Positions 38,001 to 52,015 are shown, counted from the first letter of the stretch. The stretch is 64,000 nucleotides of DNA from Lytechinus pictus (GCF_037042905.1 NC_087251.1:46440001-46504000); one strand, 5' to 3'. Program-made: numbers and translations. Notes: generated from the letters alone by a model not told the origin.

Positions 38001-38030
38001 TTGAAATCATCCTCTCCAAGTAGTGTCTGG
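35026..38030 (+). pseudogene. STXBP4: Partial unprocessed STXBP4 (synip) pseudogene: exons 35026-35129 (uncertain), 36023-36211, 37892-~38030
   Basis: 36023-36211 encodes SKALESKVHLAEVTKQEQRNMELDYEGFVVMLKDELNKLRS (recalled STXBP4: ALRSRIHLAEAAQRQAHGMEMDYEEVIRLL), with in-frame TGA at 36176. 37892 onward encodes HVTQCKTWIH (WW-domain end HVTQTTSWIHP), then TAA/frameshift. Confidence 0.7.
35193..35586. mobile_element. Kolobok-like MITE (second family)
   Basis: TTAA|AGAGAAATGCCAG ... CTGGAATTTACCT|TTAA. Confidence 0.65.
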
Positions 38031-39299
38031 TGTGAGCAGCTATTGGTATTTATGTGATGCTAAATATCTAAATGCTCTATTAAAAAAAAAAATTATTAGA
38101 AAATATATTTTTAAATATGTCTGATGATGACTTTGTGTAGCTCCAAGCAACAGGTCCAAGCTATTATCTCTTTGTTACAGTTTAATGTATATTTGAATTA
38201 TCTGTGGTTTCTTGAATAGATGCATACTATGTATGGCTTTATTAGTAGGAGTAAAGTGTAAGGTAGCAAATTATTTTTACTATTAGGCTGAGAATTGAGG
38301 TGGTGCGATGATTAAGTTTATATATTTTTTTAGTTAACTTAGTTTGTAACTTTGTTTTGATGAAGTTAGTATTTGTGTGTATTTTGTGTTGACAATTCTG
38401 CAAAAGTGGATCCAAAGGTTTTCCAGAGTTTTTCCATCTTGTGTTTTATCTCTGTTTTTTTACCCTGGATCTACTTGTCGTAGAATTGTGTAGCACCCCC
38501 CCAAAAAAAAAAATTGTACACAATACCCGTATACATACTTATTTTTCCATGAATGTTACTAATATTTCTGTCAAATTTCATGAATAATTACACCAAGAAT
38601 GTTTATTTTCATTTTTTTTTTATAATTAGAGATTTCAAATTCATAAAATACCATGTAGTTTGTGTTCTTAAAATTTAACCTATTTGATTAGGCCTATCAG
38701 CAACAATCAGAGTTTGTTATTAGCTAATTTAACCAATTCATGTTCATGTCAAAACAATTTTAGTATCGGCATATGTAATGAAATTTTATATTTTTGTTAG
38801 GAATTAATAATGTCATTAACATCATAAAAAAACTATTAACAAAGGTCCAAGTATGCTTCCTTACAGGATATGCTTTTTCATCACATGTTATGGGCAAAAT
38901 ATTAGATTAGAATTATTATAAGATGAAAACTAAATCCCTCACAAAATGTTCCACAAGTTTGGCGGATTACATATTTCTTGTTACTGAACTGTTAAAATCC
39001 AAATCAGTATTATTGGTTAGCCTCATTATTCCTCAGTCAGGTGTCGGGTGTAAGAAGGGAAATTGTGCAAAATGATTTAAAAAAAAACCCAAAACAAAGT
39101 CTCAACTTATTTTGAATAGACAATGTCCTTTTAATTTGCCCAGTTGATTTAGAGTTTGTTTGAAGTGAAACGTTCACAAATCTTAGATGTTAAACAACCA
39201 ATGAAACAAACATTTCAAATTTTCTTAACAACAAACAACAAACTAATGGAACTGGCAGGGTCCATTATTATCCCGAACATATTTGATCCATTATGCAAT

Positions 39300-39550
39300 G
39301 AGAATTCTCTTCACTGGCTGCCTGCTAAGAAAAGAGTTCATTTTAAACTAATGTTACTTGTCCATCGGGCCATCCATGGGATATCTACATATTACATAAA
39401 AGACATGTTTCACCCCCCCCCCCCATTCTGCCTAGCACTTTAAGATCTGGATTATGACAATTTGCTGCAAATTTCCTTTAACCCAACATTCATGGGCGGA
39501 TAGGCTGCAGCCAAGTTGTAGAATCAATCTCCCCAGTCACTTCACAACAC
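39300..39550 (+). mobile_element. L2-clade LINE fragment (a possible matching 3' tail at 42125-42190)
   Basis: SLHWLPAKKRVHFKLMLLVHRAIHG; tail gcgccttgagcacc..gtggata..gctatacaaat(TAT)n at ~42130. Confidence 0.7.
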
Positions 39551-42500
39551 TTAACCTGGACTAAGTTCATTCGAGCAAATCTTTGATTTTACTCATAAAT
39601 TAGATTATACAGTTTTGTAGGGGACATCCTTGGATATGCGTGCTGAATTTGGAGGCTGTTCTACCTTGAACCTTGAAGAAGTACTCTCCAAAAATAGCAT
39701 ACATGCTTACGCACAAAAGTCAAGATCTCAAGGGGGTGGGATCTGCCACAAAAAAGCCAAGCCTGATGAAAATCAGAAAAGCATCAATAACAATTTCAAT
39801 TCAAACTAAACCCTGATTTATAAGAAATGAAATACGCATCTAGATTTGTCATCACTCACTGTTCTGATTGGCTACCTGGTTTGGCGCTGGTTTCTCACTT
39901 GCTGAGCTCCTGTGAGTAGTGAGCTGACCGGGCTTGTCCCTTAAATTGTCGGTGAACGGAGCAGCAAGGACACCAGCCCCCACCGGGATATAGCTGACAA
40001 TTCCAGTGAGTGCCGCAAAAACATATACTAGTTAAATGTTTGTACCTTTTTTTGATTGACCCCCCCTTCAGATCGCTGATTGCGCGTTTTCCACAAAACT
40101 TTACACGCGCGTAGAGCCGGATGTAAACTACAAGACTATATAGTAAAATTTTGAAGATATTAATTGTTTATATTTTTAATTAATTAAAAAAATGAAAAAT
40201 GTTTTACAGGTGAAGTAATACATGCTTGACCATATCTTGGAAATGTTTAATATTGGTAAATAATTTTTATGTCTCGACTGACCGTAGGTGTTTGCCGTAG
40301 ACATTATGCTTTTGGGTTATCTTGTTCATCTTGTTTTCGTTATAAGCTATAGAGGTCACTTTGTACCCCAAAATGTCTTATTCTTGCGAACTCCAAACTT
40401 GGGTCATTTTATAGATGAAAATGTTTCTGAAGATTTGTTTTGGGGATCAAGGTCAAACTTGAGTCATATTGTGTGCTAGGATCTGCTGAGATTATTTGGG
40501 TTACAAGGTCAAAGGTTTTGAAGATTATTATTTGAAATGTAAGCTGTGTTCTGGGAATGGCAGAGGCATATATGTAAATTTGACAACGTGCAGTTGAGAA
40601 TCCATCTATGTTTTTCAAATTTTTCAGAGTCCTTGAATGATATGTAGGTAGGTAGTCGGTAGGTCAAGTGTTAATAAGTGCTTTCATTTTGTATATTTTA
40701 GTTTTTTTTACAGAAAAGTTTATTACACTAGCATTTATAACAATTCTAGGAGGTGTTTCACAAAAAGATAATTCCAATTTTTTAAATCACGCTGAATTGT
40801 TAGCAAGCATGTGGTATTTCAATCACAGTCTCATCAATTCATTGTACACAACAGAGCATGTTCTCTGATCATGATTCAAACAATATAGTGGTCCGTTTCC
40901 GTTATTTTCCTCAAAAAAAGGTGAAATTTGAGACCGATATTTAGTCACACTTCAATCTTAGTGAATCACCTCTTTGATTTGTCTCTTGATGTCAGATAGC
41001 TTGGACCTGCCCTACAGCAGGCATAGATCCAGGGGGATGGCAGAAGATGCCAGCACACCCCGTAAATTGCAAAATATAATTTTGGGGCTTGTCAAGCTTT
41101 TCTGGAGATGAAATGTCTTCATTTTGGATAGATGACCATTTTACCTTATTGATTTTTTGCTTGTCAATTTTTGGGGGATAAAATCGCACCCCGTCAATGT
41201 CTGACTCTGGATCCACGCCTATACAGTGTACAATTGTCTGTGTCTACTTGTACTTGCTTTGTATTAATGAATTTTATTTTGTCTTTTTTTATAAAAAATA
41301 AGTTGTAAGACCAGCAGCTCGGAAGATTTATTCAAGTTAGAGGACCATGGCAGTTGACCTCATCGATTGATGGTGGTAGGCCCTGAACCTCACAAACATG
41401 GCTTTCTGTCTGGTTTGAGCTCTGGTCTTCTTGACAGAATTACACAATTACTGACGTCACTACCAAGAGACCTATTTTTCCGTGTGCAGAGCAGGGCACT
41501 GGACCCAGTTGTGCATGGTATACAACTTACCACTATGTAAGTGCTTTATTGATTTCAGTGATATTTTGTGTAGCCTAGAGTATGTGAGACAATGCAATTG
41601 GTGTTCTAGCAATTATTACTTTACTGCGAGGGTAAAAACTATTGTGGACAATTTTGGCAGCAATCCTTCCCCCCAACAGGATTTACTTCAATTGCACTTT
41701 TTAAATTCATAACATTTTCTTTTACCTTTTGAGTAATATTCATTTAATGAAAAATATATTAAAACAATACCATTCCTTGAGGCAATTTTGATAAATTTGT
41801 ATGGGCATCATTCCCTTTCTTATTCCCCAATCTTCCCTCTTTCTCATTACTCCACCCTCCTACCCTCATGTTTCGCTTTCTCCTCTTCTCTGACCTCTGC
41901 AATGCTTGCATTATCTGTCAATTCATTGATTGCATTCTTTCTTTACATACCTTGCTGTACCATCTGTTCTAGCTGCTGCTCTAAATTCATCTTTGTTTCA
42001 CATCGTTGCAACATGATATTTGCCATGACTGTTTTAATAGTGGCTAAGAAGATAAACAAATCCTTTTACGAGGAAATTTATATATTTCGTTTACAGACTT
42101 TGCTTTCTTAAATTGTTCTTAATATAGGAGCGCCTTGAGCACCTAGCAAGGTGGATACATGTGCTATACAAATCCTATGATATTATTATTTTTAATTTGC
42201 AGAGCCATGATAGAGCAGCGTGAATTATTTTGCAAATATTTATTACCTTTTTCTGTACATATTCATTTTTTGGATTTGAATTAATATTTCAAACTATATC
42301 GCGGTCATTTCACCATGTACCTACATAAACCTCGTGTTTGTGCTAATGCCAAAGGCACCACCAGAAACGTAAGGTTTGTGCGAGTGCTGCGTGTGTATCC
42401 ATCATGACATCATGAATGTGAAGAGATATTGTGGACTGCACGAATGCTTAGATATGTGATGATCAAGGTAGATTCTCAATATAGGTTTGTCTGCCCAAAT

Positions 42501-44080
42501 CTTCAGTTTCGGATATATTTTTTCACCCATTTTTATGAGGGTTGTGCACTTCAATGGCTTTTCCACAATGTTAAAAAAAAAATTCTCTCAATCAGAGCAA
42601 TATATGTAAGTCTAGAATCTTTTTTCAGAAGTGCAATGTCAAATTTTTGATTTCTAGAGCCTTGCCAATGTAGTGTTTCAAGTTGACCCATATTCATGTT
42701 TGAAATATTGATGGAGAGTGGTTTAACCAACATGGCTATGAAGCTCGGTGGCATTGATTAAGATCGATCACAAACTGGTTTGCACTCCAAATTGATGCAG
42801 GTAACCATTTGTTCTGCACAAAGAGAAGAACTGGTGACGTATCATTGAAGAGAGCACTGCTGACTTCCAGAAATTGTTTCAGTTGCATGTGACATCTTTA
42901 TATTTGGTGTTTGGAATCTGTTGCCATAATCTTTAAGTACTGTCTGACCACAAGGAATGGCATTCCTTTCAGCTTACGCATCATATCCAGAGCTCTTCAG
43001 AACCTCATGAAAGTCACATACTTCTTGGACTCACAAATGCTGATATCTTGTGAGAGTGTTGGCCTCTTTGTGGTGGCATTAGAGGAATTCTCAGTGGATC
43101 TAGTTCCAGTTGGTCATTTTGTCTGTCCCAGCCATTTGATATTTTCCTGTGTTTATTAGATTTTCCTGGATTTATTTGACTCTGATGAAATGTAAGGCAA
43201 TGTGAAGTTTTGGTATTACAAAGTCAGAGTCAATAAAGACCATTTTTTGCTCCTTATGCATGCCAATATTGTCATTAAAAGGGAAGCTACATATATCTGA
43301 TACATTTTCTGGCTTTACTTATTAAACCACAATGCACTTGTTTGAATTCTAATAAGGCAGATTCGTGAAGTCTTTGTCAACATTCATTTTCTGTTTCCAG
43401 GAGGAAACGCTCTTTCCTTGGAAAGAATTTTTAAATAGATTTTCCTCTGTAGAGAAAAATTCATCACGTTCAGGTATTCAGAAATGTAATCCCTTACAGT
43501 GAGAAGTTACTGTGATGAAACCTATATATCCCAGGCTATTTTTAAATTGGTTTTATTAGCCCCCCCCCCCCCGATCTCGGTCGTCGATCTGGACACTCTT
43601 TAGGATTCTCATCAAATTATAAAAAAATGTATTTCTTTGTTTCGATGAAAGTCATCGTTGTCACTATTTCATTCATAAATTACATGTACATGAAATCAAT
43701 AGCTTGTAACTAGTAATTAATGATGACAATAATGACACATTGATAAATTTTGGCTACATAAAAAATTTGCATTGGATTTTTCAAATGAAATCACGTTTTT
43801 GAGCAATTTTGGATCTGTCAAGCACTTACATAATGTTGCCTAACTTTGTAACTGCATACCATCGTGTTGTGAATTTGGTCTTAAACGTTGCATGAGAAAA
43901 TTTTCATGAAATGTTGTGGCCTCATCTTTACGAAAAAGTTAGGGTTAAGGTATGCATGTACCTGCTTGACATTGCCAGTTATATTTGGAGAATGATTCAA
44001 TTTGCTTATCTTTTGATCTTGTGCCATCTAAAAATCTTTGATGGGAACTTGCAAGTGTTTCACTTTCTCTGCAATGATCA

Positions 44081-44314
44081 GGAGCCGTGGTGTAGTGGTT
44101 CTGACTCTAGCCTTGTAAACAGAGGGTCGTGTGTTCAAATCCCACTGCGGTCGGGCGTCCTTGTGAAAGTCATTGTAGCTTGTCCAGTACTGTGTGCGCC
44201 TCACTGTCTACTGACTGGAATACTCCCCAGGGAGTGGAGAATGTGCATACATTGTGTGCGGGAATGACGTCGTTCGGCTGTATTAAGTGCTATTTAAAAG
44301 CGGATTATTATTAT
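44081..44314 (+). mobile_element. tRNA-derived SINE
   Basis: TGGTGTAGTGG A box, GTTCAAATCC B box, tail aagtgctatttaaaagcggattattattat. Confidence 0.75.
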
Positions 44315-44399
44315 CATACGATGCATAATTTGTAGACCATCGTAGAATTATTTCCTTCTTGTTGCTTATAATTCCTCTGATCATGTAAGAGAAGTTTCT

Positions 44400-44945
44400 C
44401 GGCCAGGTCCTGAAGCTTGACGTCATGAAGTGAAGCTAGGCTGTTCATTCATCCATCTTCTGGTCTATGGGTAGGGCAGTGATTGGTTGATTTTTCCAAC
44501 AGTGTCCCTTTGGCTAAACAAAGTGTTTCCTATATCCAGCGTGGAACAAGTTTGGAAAATTTTGTTGTGTTCTCACTGCTGTCTGTCAGATTTGACATTG
44601 CATGTTTTGGTAGATTGTTCCAACTCTCCATGACCCTTTGGTTAAAGAAGTGGTTTCCTCCATCCAGTCTAGAACAAGTTTGGGAAATTTTGTTGGATGC
44701 TGTATTTGGCATTGCATGTTTTGGTAGATTGTTCCAACTCTCCATGACCCTTTGGTTAAAGAAGTGGTTTCCTCCATCCAGTCTAGAACAAGTTTGGGAA
44801 ATTTTGTTGGATGCTGTATTTGGCATTGCATGTTTTGGTAGATTGTTCCAACTCTCCATGACCCTTTGGTTAAAGAAGTGGTTTCCTCCATCCAGTTTAG
44901 AACAAGTTTGGGAAATTTTATTGCGTGCCGTCTCTGAAATTTGAC
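44400..44945 (-). mobile_element. CR1 LINE 3' end with 3 x 114-bp tandem duplication (44596-44922)
   Basis: Unit starts at 44596, 44710, 44824; peptide NHFFNQRVMESWNNLP is the CR1 ORF2 C-terminal motif. Confidence 0.8.
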
Positions 44946-46683
44946 ATTTTGCTTCACTACTAGGGTTCATGCATTGTATTGTAATGATTGATGGGGGATT
45001 GTAAATCATTGTGGAATATGAAGTGTACTCCCTCAGGACAAGCCTTTGTTGAGGTCCTAACTTATTAGATCTATCTATCATTGTCGGTGCCTCGCCTGAT
45101 CTCTCAGAGTTCATGGTGGCATGATGGATACATTATGCAAGCAAACATTTGGTTCTTGTATGATGGTGAATGAATAAATTAGCTTGACAGAGGAAAAAGA
45201 ATTCTTTTCCCTGTTGGTTTCAATTTTGATCAAAATGCAGTGTTCATTGAAATAGAAACGCGATTGCATCAAGTACAGAAAAAGGTATATTTATTTGCAA
45301 AATCGTAATATATTCCATTTGCTCTTTTGAAAAAAGTCCCCCCCCCAAAAAAAAAAAAAAAAGCCAATGAATTTTTTTTTCAAATATGATACAAATTGAT
45401 TTGTTTAATAAAAATATGATATGTGAAAATGATTAGTAATAATACGCAAATATTGAATTGGAAATTGTAGTGTCAGTCATGGATAGTTAATGTTGAAAGG
45501 ATGTGAAATGATTGAAAATGGGCAGGTAAATGGAGCATTTCATGAAGAGATTTGTCAGCGACGTCTAATTTGCTCTAAGCCAATCAGATGTAAGGATTTG
45601 TCAGTGAAAATCACTGATACAAATCTTCATGAAATGCTTCCCTGAATGGATAGTACAACAAGGTTTGGGGATAGAGCACAATCAGTGGATTAACTGATAA
45701 TCCTTGTAGAAAGGAGGAGAAGGGGAGGGGGAGGGGGAGATGGTAATGATAAAGAGAGCAGATTAAAGGAAATGAGGTGGTGGCTTTGTTCAAGGGTAAA
45801 TAAAAATACTACAAAGGAGATAGCAGACTGATTATTATGGCAAGGAAGAGAAAGGGGAGGGAATGGGGTAGAGATTAGAGGGGGGTTGGGGGGTAAAAAT
45901 AAATTTGAGGGGAAAAAATAGTTATCCTTCCCCCCCAAAAAAAAAAAATTCCTTGGAAAATCAATGCATTGTCTAACACATTCTTGGCTACACAAAATAA
46001 ATAATTGATATCACTAAACTGTGGTAAGTTGTAAATCTTGCACAACAGTGTCCGGTGCCCTTCACTGCACACTGAAAAATAGGTCTCTTGGTAGTGATGT
46101 CACATATTGTGTGATTTTGTCAAGGAGACCCCAGCTCAGAATAGGCTGCTGGCCATTTTGTGAGGGGTAGGGGTTTTGCCCCATTGAATCAAGAGGTTAG
46201 CTGCTGTGGTATCCTGTATACTTGAATGAATCTTCTGGGCTGCTGGTCATTTTTTTTTTAATTTGATTTTTTGTTGAAATATTAATCTAATAAATCTATT
46301 GAAATTAATATTTGCTTTTCATCTATGCTTATTTGTGTACATGGAGTATCCCTATACTGCAAAATGCACTTGCCTCCCCCTATTTTCTCCATCGTGACCC
46401 CCCAACACCCTTCCCTTTATTGCATGCCAAAGTTTTCATTGTTCCTTAATCCCCCCAAGGTCCTGTTGTATAAAATGTACTATTATAGTAATTTTGCTCC
46501 TGTTAGATACCATTGGATGGCAAAATTACTGTAATAGTATGCAAATACACATCAGCAAGGGCATTAGTAAGAATTATACACACATGGTACCCATGGAACA
46601 GTTCTAATATGCCCAAGGCAAAGCTGAGGGCGTTTGGATTGTTTGAGGCAACAAGTGTGCGTAATTATTCTAATGCCCAAGCA

Positions 46684-46856
46684 GGGGCCTGTTGCATAAA
46701 AGTTACTATCATGGTAACCTTCCCATCCAATTGTAACTACCCTCGGGTAACTACCATGGAATCCTTGATTTTGATTGGCTGCTGACCATTGTTACCATGG
46801 TAGTTACCATTGGATAGCAAAGTTACCATGATAGTAACTTTTATGCAGTGGGCCCC
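46684..46856. mobile_element. MITE (copy at 62481-62640)
   Basis: TIR GGGGCCTGTTGCATAAAAGTTACTATCATGGTAAC / GTTACCATGATAGTAACTTTTATGCAGTGGGCCCC. Confidence 0.8.
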
Positions 46857-47716
46857 AGAATGTGTATTTTTGTTTTATAAGATAGTGACGTGGATCCTTG
46901 TTATTCAGGGGCTGCGTAACAATTTTGAAAGGGGAGGCTGACCATGCAACAAAACGCAATGGCAATTGTTATGCTTTTGTACACAAGTTTTGGAGAAAAA
47001 AAATTGGGGGGGGGGGGCTAAAGCCCAAGCCCCCCTCCTCCAGTTATTTGATAAAAATGAAACCATCCTAATCTCGAAACCATGACCTGTCATTAGAATT
47101 AGTCACTAGTGATCGTCAGCAAGTTTTCTCCCATTACTAAAATACAACTGGTCATGTGATCGATTTTAGCCAATCATATGATTAGGATCCATATCACTAT
47201 TTTATATTATCTTTTGTGCAACAGGGCCCAGGGACAGTACTTTGAATATTGTGTTATCTTTACAACCCATTATCTTGGCTAGCACACACGTTGGCTTACA
47301 TTAGCTGCGACTTTTTTTGTTTTTCCTTTGAAAAAAATAAATCCCTTGGAGAATTTTTAAAAATTGCTTTTCAGTTATGCTTATTTGTGCACATCAGTAT
47401 ACTGTGAAACAGTCCAGGATTAGACTTGCCTACAGTTTTTTTCTAGAGTTGGTAATTTGGACATTATAAACCAATATCATTTTCAAATTCATGGTATTTG
47501 ATACAGAGAAGGTAATACAAAAGATAACACAATTTTCAGAATACCGGTCATCTTTCAGGTTGTACAATGTGCAGAAGGTAAACCAAATTTAGAAGGCTTT
47601 TTATTCAAATTACTAATCAATTCCATTTTAATTTTTTTCCAAGAAAATTTCAAAATAGGCCTACATCTACATTTCTCAAGTACAATTTCCATCTTTTCTT
47701 AATTTTGAAAAGACCA

Positions 47717-47848
47717 GGGGCCCGTAACACAAAACTTAGCAATGATCGTAGAACAATTTTTCTACGATTGATTCCATTGACTACAGTGTACAATCAATCG
47801 TAAAAATCAAGCATACGATCAATCGCTAACCTTTGTGTTATGGGACCC
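47717..47848. mobile_element. Short MITE
   Basis: GGGGCCCGTAACACAAA / TTTGTGTTATGGGACCC. Confidence 0.7.
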
Positions 47849-50800
47849 AGGATGGAATTTTTAATTTATGCCTTAAAGTCAATTTTCAATGGACATTTAG
47901 TGATCAGTATCAGTAAAAGCAGGGGATTTCCTTTATCTTTATTGACCCTCATGATTTGGATTACCTTTTTCTGCACATACAACCTTCAATTAGCCACCGC
48001 ACCCCCCCCCCCCCCCCACACACACACACACACACACATCTCATACAGATTCTAGACTTGGAAATGTTGCAAATTGGATTGAAATTATTGGCAAACTTCT
48101 CCTCCATCTAAAAATGATAATTAAGAATGATATGCATCAAATACTGCATTATCCTACTATTTTTTTTTTATAATTATTTCTGCAAAATGTTAAAATTCCT
48201 TAGTGAGTACCTCAATATCAATGCACTTTGCAACATTCCAGGTACAATTGCAATTGAAAACATTTTTTTTTTTAATTACAAGAGTGAACTTCACAAAATA
48301 AGAATAGTTTTTTTTTTACATTTTGAATTGCTTGAATTATATTTTTCATACATTGTGCTGTATATTCTGCCACACATTTGTATTCTGTCATAAGCAATGC
48401 ATTGAGAGAAAATACATGGAATTAACAGCACAAGAATAAATATTATTTAAAAATGACAGTGCTACAGAAAAATCATCTGCATTAAGTTTGCAAATGTTGT
48501 TTGACATCTATTTTAAATTTGCTGAATTGATTCATGAAGTTCACTCTATTTTCTAAGGGCTGAGTGAAATGGGCAAGACATGGAGGGGGGAGACAAAAGA
48601 CAGTGGAAGAGAGGGAGAGACAGAGAGAAAGAAAGAGAGATGGAGATAGAGATGGTGGAGAGGCGGGGGAAAGTTTTGTATGCAACAGGTACGAGAATAA
48701 ATACAAGTAGCCAAAAGCAGTTGTAACCATGGGCGGCGATTTTGTGAGATTTTTTTTGGTCAATCGAAGGTGGGGGGGGGGGGGTGAGAACACTTTCCCG
48801 TAGGCTGGTGTACAAAATTAAAAAATCGAGGGGTTACTGTGGGCACTTCCCCCGTCCACCTGAATCGCCGCCAATGGTTGTAACACAATCATTTAATGTT
48901 CAATCATCCAGGCAAAATAACTTTTTTTTTTAATAGAGCCGTAACATCATTTGCCGAGGAACTCGGATTAACCTTAGAAAATGGGCCTAACATATTTTAT
49001 TTTTTATCAAGAATATTAAAGATAACAGCAATTAAATGCATATAATGAAACAATTTACTTTTCAAATTCTAAGCATCATTTGTTTGTTTTTCTTTTTGAC
49101 GAATTTAAAGGGTACTCCAGCCTGAAAATAATAAGATTTGAACAGATAAGTACATGAGACCGTAAACAAAATACTGAAAACTTTATCAAAATCAGACATC
49201 ATGGAATAACAAAGTTATGACCTTTTAAAGTTTTGCACTATTTCGGTGAAACAGATATGCATGTCTTTGTAAAAATGCAATGAGCAAGATGATGTCATAT
49301 CCCCTTTTGTATTTTATGTCCTGAAACTAGTTATTTACTCAAATTTTGTCCTCCAAGAATGAAACAACTGGACTGGCTGTACTAATTTAATACGTTACGA
49401 TGAACAAATCTGTAATTTCTTTGGTTACAAAAGAGACATATCGTACACACTTCTATGAAAATATTAACTATTTATGATTTCATATGTCGATCATTACATA
49501 AAAAAGGGAGAATTGGGGCATTAAATCACCAGCCAACTTATTGCTTCTTTATGGTAAAAAAACTTAAGAATAAACTTTTTTTTCAGTGTTTTTTTTTTGG
49601 TGGAGAGTAATCAGCGAAACTAGCAAAAAAAAATTACCTTATTAGCAACGGTAGCAAATAATTAATCAAGTCTTATGAAATCCTGAAAAATACGTGGGAG
49701 CAAAGCAAATGAGCTTAAAAGATTGTAGAATTTGAAACGGCCCTAAAAACTTAATTTCTTTGGTTACATTTTATATTAAAACATTCACATTTTCTGCTTT
49801 CCCTCGTTTTCTTTTCTCTGTTGCGTTTTCATCACACTCAAATTGCCGCAGTTCTTTTCATGTTTAACCTTTACGAACCTTGATTATGCCTATATGAAAA
49901 AGCAGTTAAAAAGTGGATCAATTACATTCTCAGGTAGAAGACCATCGAAGAAAGCAGAGCGACCGAACTTTACATACATATTGCCCTTTAAAGACTCTAT
50001 AAACATTAGATTTCATGTATTCACTTTCAACAATTACGGGATCACTATTGACATCCCCATGATCATGTTGTGTTTTGAATGAAATCTAAAACAAATTTCA
50101 AAATAAAATACGTTTGACAGGGAAGAACAAATTAACTGACTGAATAAAGCCTCCTCCTTTAGACTATTAAAGGCTTTTCGTTACGAGGGGATGTCCTAAA
50201 GAACGTTTAATACCAAACAAACATCAGTCGAGCTGTAGCATACATATATTACAGGTGATATATGAAATGTAGATTTCCCCACATTTTTTTTCTCCAACTA
50301 ATCTTACAGTAGTACTTAACGTCCTCTAGTTCTGGCAGGTAGAAAACCAACTGGATTTTTGATACCCCTCACCCCGTGCATCTTTCCAACCATGCCATGG
50401 TAGCTAGCATACTACCCTTCAACAGTTTGGGAACCCCTGTAATATTGATGTAAATTGGTATAGATTCGCCTTTATTTACCATTATTGCATCATGTGATCA
50501 TGCAAGTTGGTCCATAAAACCAGAGGGGTATATTGTGCGTAAACCAGACTCCCATCAAAATTTTGCTCAGATATAATCGTACGACCTACGTACGACCTTT
50601 GACAAGCAGATCTGCATGGAAACGGAAAAAAGGTCTGCCAAAGGCTGTCTAAAGGGCCAAAATGGCGGGCCGTGTCCAGTTAAAGAAAGTAGAGAGAATG
50701 CAGAACGCAAAGAATCAATTCATAAATGTAATAGTATTTACACGGTGAAGAGAAAAGTATATCAGAGCTATAGCTCTGATTTTTACAATTTAAAGTAGCA

Positions 50801-51596
50801 CTGGTGTTTTAGGCTTTCTTCATAGAAAAGGACATATCTATACAAGTTATATTCCACTTTCAATGATAGGGCCTACATATATAATTATGTAGCATTCTGT
50901 GCTACTGTTTTTCATTGTCAAAATTGAACTGCTAGCTCCTACTTTCTTTAATACCAGCTGTGTTGTTTGTCCTAATATTATAAACTTTTTAAGGGTATAT
51001 ATAGTAGTGTTTTCCTCGATCGAAGACCACGAACCATCAACATCCTATTTCTTCTCATGGAACCTCTCAAGTGAGAAATCTTATTGGCCGGTCAACATCA
51101 GACAACATCGCACCGGCAGATAACCACGTGTGGATGCCTTTCCAAGCAACCTTGTTCTCCTATCCACCTGACCCGCCATCCCCACGTGATGAAAACCTGC
51201 TCCATTCCTCGTTCGTTATCCAGGCCTATTCCACACTCTGGTTCAACGATCCATGGGGCGGTAATCGATCGTATTCACGGGGGTAAAAATCTTGGTTGAC
51301 ACCGTGTTCGATCTTGTGCGCTGATGGAATAAAAACAGAAAAGAGAACAAGTAAAAATGATGATTCCTATAGAAGCACAGGGCTGAACTCATACATGTAT
51401 CTTCATAACTTATTTCCATTTTATTAAAGAATACAAAACTATTGTTGGAGATTTTGAAATAATCAATATCTTATATCATGCGCGTATTCGGGAAGGGGGC
51501 TCGATCGGGTCCCGGGTACCCCGGGTAGGCGAAAGGGGGAGCCAAAAACAGGAAGGGGTGAAAAAGGGAGGAAAGAAAGAGAAAAGCAGACGGGAG

Positions 51597-52015
51597 GGGC
51601 GTCAGATTGATGTTCGACGTAGGGGCGCCGAATTGAAGGTCAACAATGGGGCGCCGATCGAATTGATCTTCAACCTAGGGGGAAAGCGCCGAATTGATGT
51701 TCGACGTACATGGGGGGAGCCTAATAATGTCCGACCCCGGTCCGACCTAGGGGGCGCCGAATTCATGTTCTACTTTAGAGCGCCGAGTTGATGTTCGACC
51801 TAGGGGAGAGGGTTGAATTATAATATTCGATCAAGGGGCGCCGAATTGAAGTTCAACATGGGGGCGCAATCAACCTGGGGGGGGGGGGGCGCCGAATTCA
51901 TCTTCTACCTAGTGGCGCCGAATTGATGTTGGACATAGGGGGTGGGGCCGAAGTGATGTTCAACCGATGGGGTGGGGCGCCGGCCGAATTGATGTTCGAC
52001 CTAGAGGCGCCGATC
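51597..52015. repeat. GC-rich minisatellite, ~28-33-bp unit GGGGCGCCGAATTGATGTTCGACCTA
   Basis: Roughly a dozen degenerate head-to-tail units, followed by GCGAGCGCGAAGCGCGAGCTG repeats to ~52380. Confidence 0.8.

Noticed and set aside
50900..51325. GC-richer exon-like block with a minus-strand acceptor near 51322
   Set aside because: Stops in all three minus frames and no recognisable protein on plus; could be a noncoding exon but cannot be supported.
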